From NCBI GenBank assembly GCA_964016885.1, contig OZ024740.1:12338001-12402000 (forward strand): 64,000 bases of DNA, given 5' to 3'. Position 1 is the stretch's first letter; every line of letters begins with the position of its first letter. Shown in pieces: positions 14,866 through 27,039 of this stretch. Source of the stretch: Eledone cirrhosa. Lineage: Eukaryota. The notes under the pieces are model-generated. The model was not told the origin of the DNA. It searched no databases and saw only the letters and a program-made list of their open reading frames with translations. The position numbers and the translations under genes were made by a program.

Positions 14866-15454
14866 GTCTAATACTGGATTCCGATCGTGTGAATGTATAC
14901 ACATATACACATCAATATATGTATACATATGTATATGTATGTATATATATGAATGTATATATATACATATATAATGCGTGTATATATATGTGTGTATATA
15001 TATGAGATGACCCCTTAGCCTTTGTCAAGGCAGAATTCTAGGAGAAGGAAAACTCTTATATAACACCTGCAACTCTGATGGTATCCAATGATGTTGACTT
15101 GTTCCTCTTTTTGGTAAATATCATCTTGGTTAAGAGAGTGGGACTGGCTTTGTGCAGTGCCTTTGCTCACTATAAAAGCTTCACGACACAGGCATTGCTT
15201 TATATCTGGAGATCTCTCTGCACTTGTCGTCACATGGTACCATGTGCCCAGCACTATGTGTCAATAATTGTCACAAGTGTAGTGTTTGTACCTGTTTTCA
15301 AGTAGCTGGCTGGACTAAAAAGTCACACTCGTTCAGCGCATCGGTACGGGTTCTCCTACATGGATACTAAATAGTGGCCGTACTCGAAAACGAGTTGGCA
15401 GCCATATATATACATAATGCGTATATATATATACGAGTATACATACATATACAT

Positions 15455-15530
<76 letters not shown>

Positions 15531-15535
<5 letters not shown>

Positions 15536-18500
15536 TAAACGGAATAGAAAATGCTGACAAATTGTTCACAGTTGAAAAATGGTTTAATTAGGAATAAAAG
15601 AGTATTAGTGATTGTATGGGTTAGTATTCAGTTGGGGTTTTAAGTTTTTAAGTTTTTACCGGTTGCGCATTTCTAAATGCTTTTCAAAATAATTTTGAGA
15701 TAGAGTGTCCGTGCTGTTTGCTCTGATCTGATTAGTTTTGGGAATTCTACCTGTTTTTATGTTAAAAAAGTGGCTCCAGCGTTACTTTGGTGTTGCAAAA
15801 ATTCTTGTGGTCAAAACAATTTTGATTGGTCGGTAGAGGTCATGTGAATGTAAAAAAAAAAGATACCACCGCCATGATAGATGTAACAACTTCCCCGCTT
15901 CAAGGGGACAGCAAGGTAATTTCCATTTTCTCAACTCTCGCTTCCACAATACACAACAAACCCACACCACACGATACAACCAACAACGTAGGCCACTTAT
16001 AACACCACAATCCAACATGGCACATAGAAACACACACCCATACTCGCAGTACAGGAACACCCCATTCAATCTACAACCACCAACCCGAACCACATTTTAC
16101 AACAACAAGGAATATAACAAACACAGGAGACCACTTAACATCAGCAGACAACCCCTCTACCCCAACCATTTTTTAGACACAGCACACAGATACAGGCAAA
16201 CAAAATAACACAAGACAGGGAGGAGAAACCGATAGTAATAAAAATTTATCAATCTTACTAGTGCAGAACCAACACCCAACCTTATCAACTTACTCTCCAA
16301 AGGTCTTAAATTCACACCGACCCCACTACGTCCTAACTACTATGAAATGAAGGAAGACATCACAGACTTCTGTAGAAAGTTACGACTCAGTGAAGAACTA
16401 TTCGACCAGTACAATGAGGATGAATCATTAGCCAGAAATAGAAGCAATTACACCCCTTCAAAAGGTAGAAATAAAATCCTGGACGAATTCTGTGAACACA
16501 TCACAAACTCCCTTACCAACACTTGCACAGACAAAAACACAAGCCAAACCTCAACAAGAAAGAATGGGAAGAATTAAATAGATTAAAAACCGACAGAACC
16601 ATTACAATTAAAGAGGCTGATAAAGGGAGTACAGTAGTCCTAATGGAGACAGAACTATATCAACTTAGCGCTCTCCACTTTGGAAAACGAAACATACTAC
16701 GAAAAGGCTGAACACTACAATCAACAGAAAATTATGAGAAACCTAAAATCTCTAATCAACCAATACAAAGAAGGACTCACTAACAAGGAATTCAGCTTCA
16801 TCACAGACTTCACAAGTAAATCCAGCCTTTTCTACGGTATCGCTAAAGTACATAAAAGCGAATCAATAAGTAAGGCATGCAAGGAAGCCACAGACATAGT
16901 CATCAATGTCCCCTCACCCAATGATCTCAAATTAAGACCTATAATAGCAGGCTCCGCTTGCGAAACGCACCGTCTTAGCAACTTCATTGATACCCTTCTC
17001 AAACCCTTCCTCAAACACATCAAAAGCTATATAAGGGACGACCTAGATATGCTCAATCACCTCCCTAATATGCCACTTTTTGAACAAACCCTACTAGTGA
17101 CGTTCGATGTAGTCAACCTATACTCCAACATCCCCCACAACCTAGGAATAGAAGCTATCCAATTCTGGCTGGATAATTTCCACAATAAACTCCCACAACG
17201 CATCAAAAAAGAATTCGTGATAGAGGGACTCAAATTTATCTTGGAGAACAATTACTTCGTTTTCAATAACAAACCCTACAGGCAGAAATCTGGGACCGCT
17301 ATGGGAACGAAAACAGCCCCCACTTATGCCAACCTAGTCATGGAATACCTGGAAATCACCCTCTACACTAAAGTCCTAAACAAATTTGGAAACACCCTCC
17401 ACTTACACATTGAAAGGAACTGGAAGCGATATCTAGATGACTGCTTGCTTCATCCTTTGGCACGAAAACATCGAAAAACTTAAAGAATTTCACACCCTTA
17501 TAAATGGGCTCAACACGAATATTAATTTCACGATGGAATACAGCCATCAACAACTCCCCTTCCTCGACATCCTCATTAAGATCCATAACAAAAAAATAGA
17601 AACAGACATATACTACAAGCCCATAGACTCCAAGCAATATCTCCCCTTCAATTCTTGCCACCCTAGACACGTTAAAATTAATATTCCCTACAGCTTAGCC
17701 AAGAGAATCTGTACTATAGTCTCCAATAAAAACATCTGCTACTTACGGCTACAAGAACTAAAGGACACACTCATAGGCAGGGACTACCCTGCATCACTAA
17801 TTGACAATGGAATCCAACGTGCCCTAAAACTCAGTACCCAGGACCTTAGACACCCTAAAGTAAATCAACCGAAACTAAAAGCTCTTCCATACATCTCCAC
17901 ACACAACCCCCTCAACAATGAGGCCTTTGACACCATCCTCCAGAACATCCCTGTGTTGAAAAAGACCATAGAATGAACTAAATTCTACGAACACACGATA
18001 TCATAAAGAGCAAAAGACAATCCAAGTCAATGAAAAACATCCTAACACATGCCAAAGTACTGCCAACCACAACAACGAAACCCACAGTAAAAAAAATGCG
18101 ATAGACCCAACTGTGGCATTTGCATCAGCCTAATAGAGGGTTCGGAATTCTATTTCAAAGATGGACAACGTTTTATAGTAAAACACAATTTCACATGTGC
18201 ATCGGAAAATCTAATATATGTATTAACTTGCTCAGGTTGTCGAGAACAATACATAGGCCAGACCAAAAACAGCCTCCGCCAAAGCATGACTGTCCATAGA
18301 CCCCAAATTAAAATACGGGAATACAGGAAAATACCACTGAGTGAACACATTGATACCTGTGCCGCCCAAAATCATCCCAACTTCAGAATCTTTCCCATCT
18401 ACAAATTTAAAGATAATGCCACCCACACCCAGCGCATCAGCTAGGAATCTTACTTCATTAACAAATACGGACCCCGTCTAAACACTTCTCCCTAAGACGA

Positions 18501-18832
18501 ACCCACAACATACACACGTCAACATACATACCTACATCAGCACACATCTCTACCCACATATAAACACAATGACATACGTAAACACACATGCTCTATGGTG
18601 CAACACAAAAAAATATATGTGTATATATGTATATATATGTATATATATATATGTATATGTATGTATATATATATGTATATATAGTGAATATATGTATGTG
18701 TATATATATATAGTGAATATCATTTCACACCTTTTATTGTTAAGATTTTTGATGTTCTATTAAGAGAACCGATTTTACTGAAAAAATCGAATAATGTACA
18801 CCATTTTACCAGGGGGGAAAAAAATACTGGTC

Positions 18833-18885
<53 letters not shown>

Positions 18886-19088
18886 ACACACACATATATA
18901 TATATATATACACACACACATACACACGCGTACATTACCATACAAAGAGACTTATACACACACACACACACACACGCACTTCTCCGTATAAGACAAAAGC
19001 TGAAAAATATCTTTTGACATGCTAAAATACCCCCCATTGCTTTCAGACACATTCTTACTGACCATCCCTGCTACCACGAATTACTCTG

Positions 19089-19170
<82 letters not shown>

Positions 19171-19245
19171 ATCTTAATAGCAATTTGACACACATCCCTG
19201 CTAACCATTATCACAACATCGAACACCTTACTACTACTACTACTA

Positions 19246-19279
<34 letters not shown>

Positions 19280-19810
19280 TTGTTGTGAAAGAGTCATTTC
19301 TCAATCTTGGCGCAAAACCAATTTTTTATTCACATGACCTCTACCGACCAATCAAAATTGTTTTGACCACAAGAATTTTTGCAAACACCAAGTAGCGCTG
19401 GAGCCACTTTTTTAACATAAAAACAGTCTTGGCGCAAAATTAATTTTTTTTACATTCACATGACCTCTACCGACCAATCAAAATTGTTTTGACCACAAGA
19501 ATTTTTGCAACACCAAAGTAACGCTGGAGCCACTTTTTTAACATAAAAACAGGTAGAATTCCCAAAACTAATCAGATCAGAGCAAACAGCACGGACACTC
19601 TATCTCAAAATTATTTTTGAAAAGCATTTAGAAATGCGCAACCGGTAAAAACTTAAAAACTTAAAACCACAACTGAATACTTACCCATACAATCACTAAT
19701 ACTCTTTTATTCCTAATTAAACCATTTTTCAACTGTGAACAATTTGTCAGCATTTTCTATTCCGTTTACCAATATATAATAACTTGTGTGTTACACCTCT
19801 ATTCTTTTAA
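15531..19810 (+). mobile_element. Penelope-like element (Neptune-type) with 5' inverted pLTR
   Basis: 15531-15860 is the reverse complement of 19444-19773. A 122-bp partial tandem lies at 19305/19427. A frameshifted RT+GIY-YIG ORF lies between the inverted repeats. Confidence 0.92.
16242..18495 (+). pseudogene. PLE reverse transcriptase + GIY-YIG endonuclease, frameshifted
   Basis: LLSKGLKFTPTP, KEADKG, LRPIIAG, FDVVNLYSNIP, GTAMGTKTAP, RYLDD, LPFLD, SCHP, Cys linker (CDRPNCGIC) and NLIYVLTCSGCREQYIGQT. Confidence 0.92.
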
Positions 19811-19864
19811 CTATATATATATATATATATAAACACACACACACACACATATATATATATACAT

Positions 19865-19920
<56 letters not shown>

Positions 19921-20061
19921 CCAAAGTTTATATGGTTCGTTGATTATTCAAGGAATATAATTTTACAATAGTTTAGAAGCACTCGACAAGTAATTTTTTT
20001 TGAGTATTTAATATTATTCAAAATATTAATAAATGAAAAATAATCTCATAATCAAAATATA

Positions 20062-20124
20062 TATTTTATTATACATATTTCAAAGGTACAATGGTGTTTA
20101 AGTACGTTTTCATCAGATAAAATA
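20062..20124 (-). ncRNA. Type I hammerhead ribozyme (minimal)
   Basis: Minus strand: tattttat-CTGATGA-aaacgtac..gtaccttt-GAAA-tatgta-TA-ataaaata. Stem I extends to ~59 bp (20011-20069 with 20117-20175). Confidence 0.85.
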
Positions 20125-20289
20125 TATATTTTGATTATGAGAAAATTTTTCATTAATTAATATTTTGAATAATATATATATATACAGTATATATTTGGAG
20201 TATATGTTTGTTGTTTACCGACACCTCAGTATGCAGATTGGCGCACTCGACGAAGTACGCAGGTTGGTTTGGTTAATCCGGAGTAATGT

Positions 20290-20408
20290 AAAATAAAATA
20301 ATTAAGTCAAATATTTAAAATATTTAAAATTTAATATTAAAATTTTTAAATATTTTAAATATTTTAAATTTTAAATTTTAAATATTTGACTTAATTATTT
20401 TATTTTAT
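20290..20408. repeat. AT-rich inverted repeat/hairpin
   Basis: aaaataaaataattaagtcaaatatttaaaa ... ttttaaatatttgacttaattattttatttt. Confidence 0.8.
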
Positions 20409-20411
20409 ATA

Positions 20412-20491
<80 letters not shown>

Positions 20492-20499
<8 letters not shown>

Positions 20500-21519
20500 A
20501 TTTACATATACATAAAGTCATAGATATATATGTGGCAACCGGTCACGTTGTGGCTCAATGAAGAATTAATAAATTAAATAATCAGAGCAATATATCATAA
20601 ATCATGTCCTTAGAATTATTAGATAAAATATTTACCATTTCCTCTTCCAATAACATAATTAACCATATAAAAAAGCAATTAGACCAGGCTATAAGAATAA
20701 AGGCTCCTATGAAGAAATTTTCGACAAATAACCGAAAGCGGCCTCTTCGCGGTGGCCCCAATAGAGTATTTATCCAACATTTCAACAGCATGTAGAAACT
20801 GACTAAATATACCATCAACCATACACAATTAGGTGTAAATTCAAACTTAGAAGAAATGTGTACATACCGTAATTATATCTCTACCATGGTTTCGTCTATA
20901 TTTTTAGACATCCTATTATCAGGATATATCCAGAGTAACAGACTCATCAGAAGAAAACTCAAGATTGGACAGTTAATTTTCCAAAGTGATCGCGCCAAAA
21001 ATAGATTCAAAAATGGCTAAAAATCCTGACGTGGCAGTGGTCAAGTTAGAAAGAATGTGATTAGTTGCTTAGGCGGGTAGGCTTGTTGCTAGAAAGCGCA
21101 GCCCAATATCGCCCAATTGTATCTCAACCTAACGGGAGATTATTAAATATAAAGATTTACATATACATAAAGTCATAGATATATATGTGGCAACCGGTCA
21201 CGTTGTGGCTCAATGAAGAATTAATAAATTAAATAATCAGAGCAATATATCATAAATCATGTCCTTAGAATTATTAGATAAAATATTTACCATTTCCTCT
21301 CCCAATTAGCATAATTAACCATATAAAAAAACCAATTAGACCAGGCTATAAGAATAAAGGCTCCTATGAAGAGGCCGCTTTCGGTCATTTGTCGAAAACA
21401 TTTTCATAGGAGCCTTTATTCTTATAGCCTGGTCTAATTGCTTTTTTATATGGTTAATTATGTTAATTGGAAGAGGAAATGGTATATATTTTATCTAATA
21501 ATTCTAAGGACAGGATTTA

Positions 21520-21523
<4 letters not shown>
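20492..21523 (-). mobile_element. Non-coding hammerhead-bearing Penelope-like/retrozyme-like element (655-bp monomer, partial tandem, terminal inversion)
   Basis: 20496-20713 is repeated at +655. About 21368-21523 is the reverse complement of ~20592-20748, joined via GAAGA microhomology. Contains a hammerhead and no RT ORF. Confidence 0.75.
20877..20956 (-). ncRNA. Type I hammerhead ribozyme with palindromic stem III
   Basis: Minus strand: ttctt-CTGATGA-gtct...agac-GAAAC-catg-GTA-gaga. Stem III is ACCATGGT; stem I is short. Confidence 0.8.
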
Positions 21524-21577
<54 letters not shown>

Positions 21578-21730
21578 GAATAATCGAGAATCGGAAAAAC
21601 AGCCTACGAATTAACGATAAACAAAATATATATATATTGTTTTCCACACAATCACATACATACTCTGAATCACATACACACATCAAAGCCCACCATCTTA
21701 CGAATACACACACACGCACACACACACACA

Positions 21731-21804
<74 letters not shown>

Positions 21805-22150
21805 GCACACACATAAACACATATATATATATTATGTAAGTGACTTCTACAGGACTAGAACTGTTTCATCCGTTTGAAATCATCATACTGTCATTGAGTC
21901 AATGTAAGGAAATCTTTCTGCTAAAGTGGTGACCTCAAGTGGTGACCCCAAGTGGTTACACCAACCTAACATGGCGGCAAAAACAAAACTGTTTACAGTA
22001 TTCTGAACCTGGTTTTAAAATATGTCTACAACAACAACTACACCACCACCACCAACAACAACTGTTGCAACAACAACACTCCAACCAACTCGACCAGCCA
22101 GCCAACATTTAGTACAACAATCAACAGCATTTTCTTTACAGTATAGAAAC

Positions 22151-22273
22151 CCAACTGGCAAGAGATCCAGGGGTAGACCCTGAGCAAGATGGTTGGATAA
22201 CATCCATGAGCTTGGCTGGTCTTGCTTGGGGATCCAGCCGGATCAGTTGGATATGGTTGCTTCTGACAGGACC
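22151..22273 (+). mobile_element. RTE-clade LINE 3' fragment
   Basis: Translates to PTGKRSRGRP*ARWLDNIHELGWSCLGIQPDQLDMVASDR, the typical RTE C-terminal GKRxRGRPxxRW motif. Confidence 0.75.
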
Positions 22274-22293
22274 TATGTAATCTGAGTTTTTCG

Positions 22294-22437
22294 AATATTA
22301 ATAATTGTTTCTACTTTTGGCACAAGGCCAGCAATTATCCCAGTGCATTACTGGTACTTTATTTTATCGACCCCGTGAGGATGAAAGGCAAAGTTAACCT
22401 CGGTGGGATTTGAACTCAGAATGGCAATGGCCGTAAC
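22294..22437 (-). mobile_element. Octopus-type tRNA-derived SINE (partial)
   Basis: The minus strand has a B-box-like GAGTTCAAATCCC, then cctttcatcc..ggggtcgataaaataaagtaccagt..gctggccttgtgccaaaag and an AT-rich tail. Homologous to 3328-3423. Confidence 0.8.
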
Positions 22438-22690
22438 ACTATGAATATTAATAATAACATTCGATTCGTTTGCAATTATGCGAACAAGCCTCATTTTTAA
22501 AGCATGTAAACATGCCAACACAAGAGCAAGAATGAAGGGTTCATTCTACTAACATGGCTTTAAAAACGTATTCAGCCTTGTAGAGCGAACATTTTTTTAA
22601 ATATATATATATATAATGAAACGTGTTATTGATTTTATATTTGTTTATGTCAATACATACATACATACATACATACATACATACATACAT

Positions 22691-24656
22691 TCAGGAAAAA
22701 ACAACAAAGAATCGCAGAAACATGACTGTCGTGTGGCTGGACTATCAAAAAGCATTTGATAGTGTACCTCATGGGTGGATTATTAAGGCTTTACAGTTAG
22801 CTAAAGTCCCACAACCATTAGTAGCTGCTGTTGAACGCCTGACCAAGAACTGGTACACCAATTTGATCCTTAGAGGTGAGAAGGAGCAGGTTAAGACTGA
22901 TAGGATACATTACCAGAAGGGCATCTTTCAGGGTGATAGCTTGTCAGTACTACTCTTCGTTCTCTCACTGAATCCACTATCTTACCTACTCAGGAAACAA
23001 GGTGGACAAAGAAGTGGGCCCAGAAGTATCTCCCATCTTTTCTTTGTTGATGACCTGAAGTTGTATGGGCCAAATATCAATGACATCAAGAAACAATTGG
23101 ACCTCATTACACAATTTTCAACCGACATCAAAATGAAATTTGGTGAGTCCAAGTGTGCATATTTGGCAGTAAAACGTGGAAGAGCTGTGCCCTCCTCTAG
23201 AAATCTAGATATGAACGGCCTGACAATACAACCTCTGCAGTCAGGTGACAACTACAGATATCTTGGACAGGATGAGAATGTCAGATATGATGGACCCATA
23301 AATAAGGAGAGAACCAGAACTGAATACCTCAGAAGAGTAAAAAAAATATGGTCATCAGAACTGTCAGCATACAACAAATACATTGCCCACAATACCTATG
23401 CTGTGCCAATTATAACGCCAACATTTGGCCTACTGAACTGGTCATTGCAAGAACTAAGTGAGATGGATGTTAGAACTCGTAAACTTCTCAGTGTTACTGG
23501 GAACTTTAACATCAATGGTGATGTGGATAGGCTATACTTCTCACGCAAGGAAGGTGGCCGGGGTCTAAAATCAATATTAACAACATATGAGACCCGGATA
23601 GTAACACTGAAGCAACACCTTCAACAGAGGAAAAAGGTTGGCGACCATCTTGCTCAGGTTTATGAGCATGAAAAAAGAAATATCATTAGAATAGCGACTG
23701 ATCTGGAGGAGAGATATGGAATAAAGCCTGATATAAATCTCTCACCCAGAGAAATCGGAAGATCCTATTCAATGTTCAAACAAGAAAAAAAAATTGACCA
23801 ATTTACAGAGAAAGTTGTGCATGGATACTTGAGGCGTAAAACACAGACCATAGAGGGGATAAACCACTCAAAAAGCCTGGCATGGAGTTCCGACAAGTTT
23901 ATGACATCACACCTTGAGGGATATCTCTATGCAATACAGGAACAAGAACTCCCTACCAAATATCTGCTGCACAAAAGAGGAGGGCCAGCAGCTGACAATA
24001 AATGTAGGCTATGTAAAACAAAGATCGAGGATGTAAGCCACATTGTTGCCAGCTGCGAAAGAATGTCATCTCGCTACTACCTCCCCATGAGACACGATGG
24101 GATAGCTAGAACTATCTGGAACGCACTTCGGAAAACAAAATTAACAACAAACGAGGAAGAATATATTGAGACAGATGGCACTAAGGAATACTGGTGGAAC
24201 CTGAAAATAAAAACTGCCACCAAATTAAAGCACAACCGGCCTGATATTGTAGTTTGGGACCACACATTGAAAACGTGTTCTGTTGTGGAGATCAGCTGCC
24301 CACTTGATGTAAACGTTGTCAGAAAAATACAGGAGAAGGAGGACATCTACGGACCATTGATGAGGAGCTTACAAATCCAGTATCCAAGATACACCTTTAG
24401 CTTCATACCCATCATTATTGGTGCTACGGGTTATATACCAACCCGCTTGGACCAAAGTATGACCGAACTTGGATTTGCGGACAAAAAGCGCAGCTCCCTA
24501 ATTCATAGTCTACAAATGGCTGCGATAGCTGGCACCTTCAAAATATGCAAAACATTCTTGCGATTCAAGGGATGACAATTTCTTTTCTTTTACAACCTTG
24601 CCACCAGGAAGGTGGCCGGTCAAAAAAATATACTCGAAATTAAGAGAAAGAGAAAA
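22691..24656 (+). mobile_element. 5'-truncated R4/Dong-clade RLE non-LTR retrotransposon in (TACA)n
   Basis: Open RT-CCHC-RLE frame and an ~80-bp 3' UTR; (TACA)n lies on both flanks. Confidence 0.9.
22692..24575 (+). CDS. RT + CCHC + restriction-like endonuclease (partial, uninterrupted)
   Basis: WLDYQKAFDSVPH, GIFQGDSLS, LFFVDDLKLY, YRYLG, RKEGGRGL, CRLC..E..SHIVASC, RHD, NRPDIVVWD..EISCP..KEDIY. Confidence 0.92.
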   Translation, partial: QEKTTKNRRNMTVVWLDYQKAFDSVPHGWIIKALQLAKVPQPLVAAVERLTKNWYTNLILRGEKEQVKTDRIHYQKGIFQGDSLSVLLFVLSLNPLSYLLRKQGGQRSGPRSISHLFFVDDLKLYGPNINDIKKQLDLITQFSTDIKMKFGESKCAYLAVKRGRAVPSSRNLDMNGLTIQPLQSGDNYRYLGQDENVRYDGPINKERTRTEYLRRVKKIWSSELSAYNKYIAHNTYAVPIITPTFGLLNWSLQELSEMDVRTRKLLSVTGNFNINGDVDRLYFSRKEGGRGLKSILTTYETRIVTLKQHLQQRKKVGDHLAQVYEHEKRNIIRIATDLEERYGIKPDINLSPREIGRSYSMFKQEKKIDQFTEKVVHGYLRRKTQTIEGINHSKSLAWSSDKFMTSHLEGYLYAIQEQELPTKYLLHKRGGPAADNKCRLCKTKIEDVSHIVASCERMSSRYYLPMRHDGIARTIWNALRKTKLTTNEEEYIETDGTKEYWWNLKIKTATKLKHNRPDIVVWDHTLKTCSVVEISCPLDVNVVRKIQEKEDIYGPLMRSLQIQYPRYTFSFIPIIIGATGYIPTRLDQSMTELGFADKKRSSLIHSLQMAAIAGTFKICKTFLRFKG

Positions 24657-25228
24657 CATACATACATACATATATACATGATGGCTGCCCCTCGTTATCG
24701 AGTATGGCCATTGCACGAGAAAAAAAAAATAATAACAATAATAATAACGACAACAACAACAATAATAAGACACACACACATATATATATATATGCACACA
24801 CACATAAACATATCTACATACACAATAGCAATTAACAGCGCTGCGATCAAATCCTCATATCCCCATATTCATGAGTAATTTATATCCCCCTCTGTTTCCT
24901 CATCCCTCTTAATCTTCCTCTATTTCTTTCTCGTCTTCCTTACTTATCCTTCTTCTTTGCCTATGCTATATCCGCCCCCCCCCCTTCTCTCTTCTATATA
25001 TCTCTTTATTATTATTAATATTATATTTATTTTGATGTGATAGTTTGATTTCGTAACTTTGCCGGTTATACATTTAAATATATCTTCGTTCCTTCTTTCG
25101 TCATTTTCTTTCTTTCTCTCTCATTTCCATTTGTCCCCCTTCCTTTATTTATTTATCATTAATACTATTATTGATGTAGTAATTTGAATTTTTGAGTTTA
25201 CCGTTACGCATATATTTTATATTTCTTA

Positions 25229-25339
25229 ATAGTTTCTGATGAGATGATTGAACTTAGATGTATTGTAAATTGAGTTATACTGTCTACAGTATTTAGCAAT
25301 TTATAGACAATTCTATCATGGAAACAATTGTAAGACTGT
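25229..25339 (+). ncRNA. Type I hammerhead ribozyme with long stem II and palindromic stem III
   Basis: atagttt-CTGATGA-gatgat...atcatg-GAAAC-aatt-GTA-agactgt. It follows a pyrimidine-rich tract (24880-25150) resembling a PLE 3' end. Confidence 0.82.
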
Positions 25340-25382
25340 AAATATATATCCTTGTTTGTACTGTCAACCATGTTATTCTTCA

Positions 25383-26358
<976 letters not shown>

Positions 26359-26591
26359 TATATAATATACATATATACTGAATACTAACCAATACTTATT
26401 ACACTATTTTTCACTGAGAACAATTTGTCAGCATTTTCTTTTCCTTTTACCATTATATATATATATATATAGATATATATATATATATATATACACATAC
26501 ATACACACACATATATAAACATATAAATAAATATAGATGTATATATATACTATGTTTATAGATCTCTCTCTCTCTATATATATTTATATAT

Positions 26592-26622
<31 letters not shown>

Positions 26623-26625
26623 GAT

Positions 26626-26660
<35 letters not shown>

Positions 26661-26663
26661 GAT

Positions 26664-26702
<39 letters not shown>

Positions 26703-27039
26703 GGGAAAAAGTATGACCTCGACGGCAGAGCTCAAGCCGTTTCGTCGGCTATATATATATAGATATATATACAGTATATATATATTTCTATATTTATCGT
26801 TATATATATATAAGTCTGATATGTATGTATCTATCTATCTTGATAGAGTAAGGCACGCTTCACATCGGCTCCGCTATTCCATCGGAATTAACCCTTAGTA
26901 AGTATCAGATAAATATTTCAGTGCAACACATTTGGAACACTAACCCCTGTTATTTAGGGGAAACATTTTTACAGTTTACCCCCTTTTTAGGGGGTAAAAA
27001 TATATATCTATTTTGCTGTAAAATTTCTTTCTTGGCAGC

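Noticed and set aside
3840-15005. Long His/Thr and Val/Cys/Trp ORFs up to 869 aa
   Set aside because: Open in several frames at once because CA/GT repeats lack stop codons; not genes.
15010-15400. Unique-looking segment with short ORFs
   Set aside because: No recognisable protein; aggagaaggaaaactct resembles RTE 5' UTRs but is too weak to call.
21355-21415. Apparent hammerhead ATGAAGA...GAAA on the plus strand
   Set aside because: Lacks the conserved C3; the pairing is created by the inversion junction.
21852-21903. Possible 51-nt plus-strand exon (LELFHPFEIIILSLSQ)
   Set aside because: Only AG/GT boundaries support it, and its strand conflicts with the other exon candidate.
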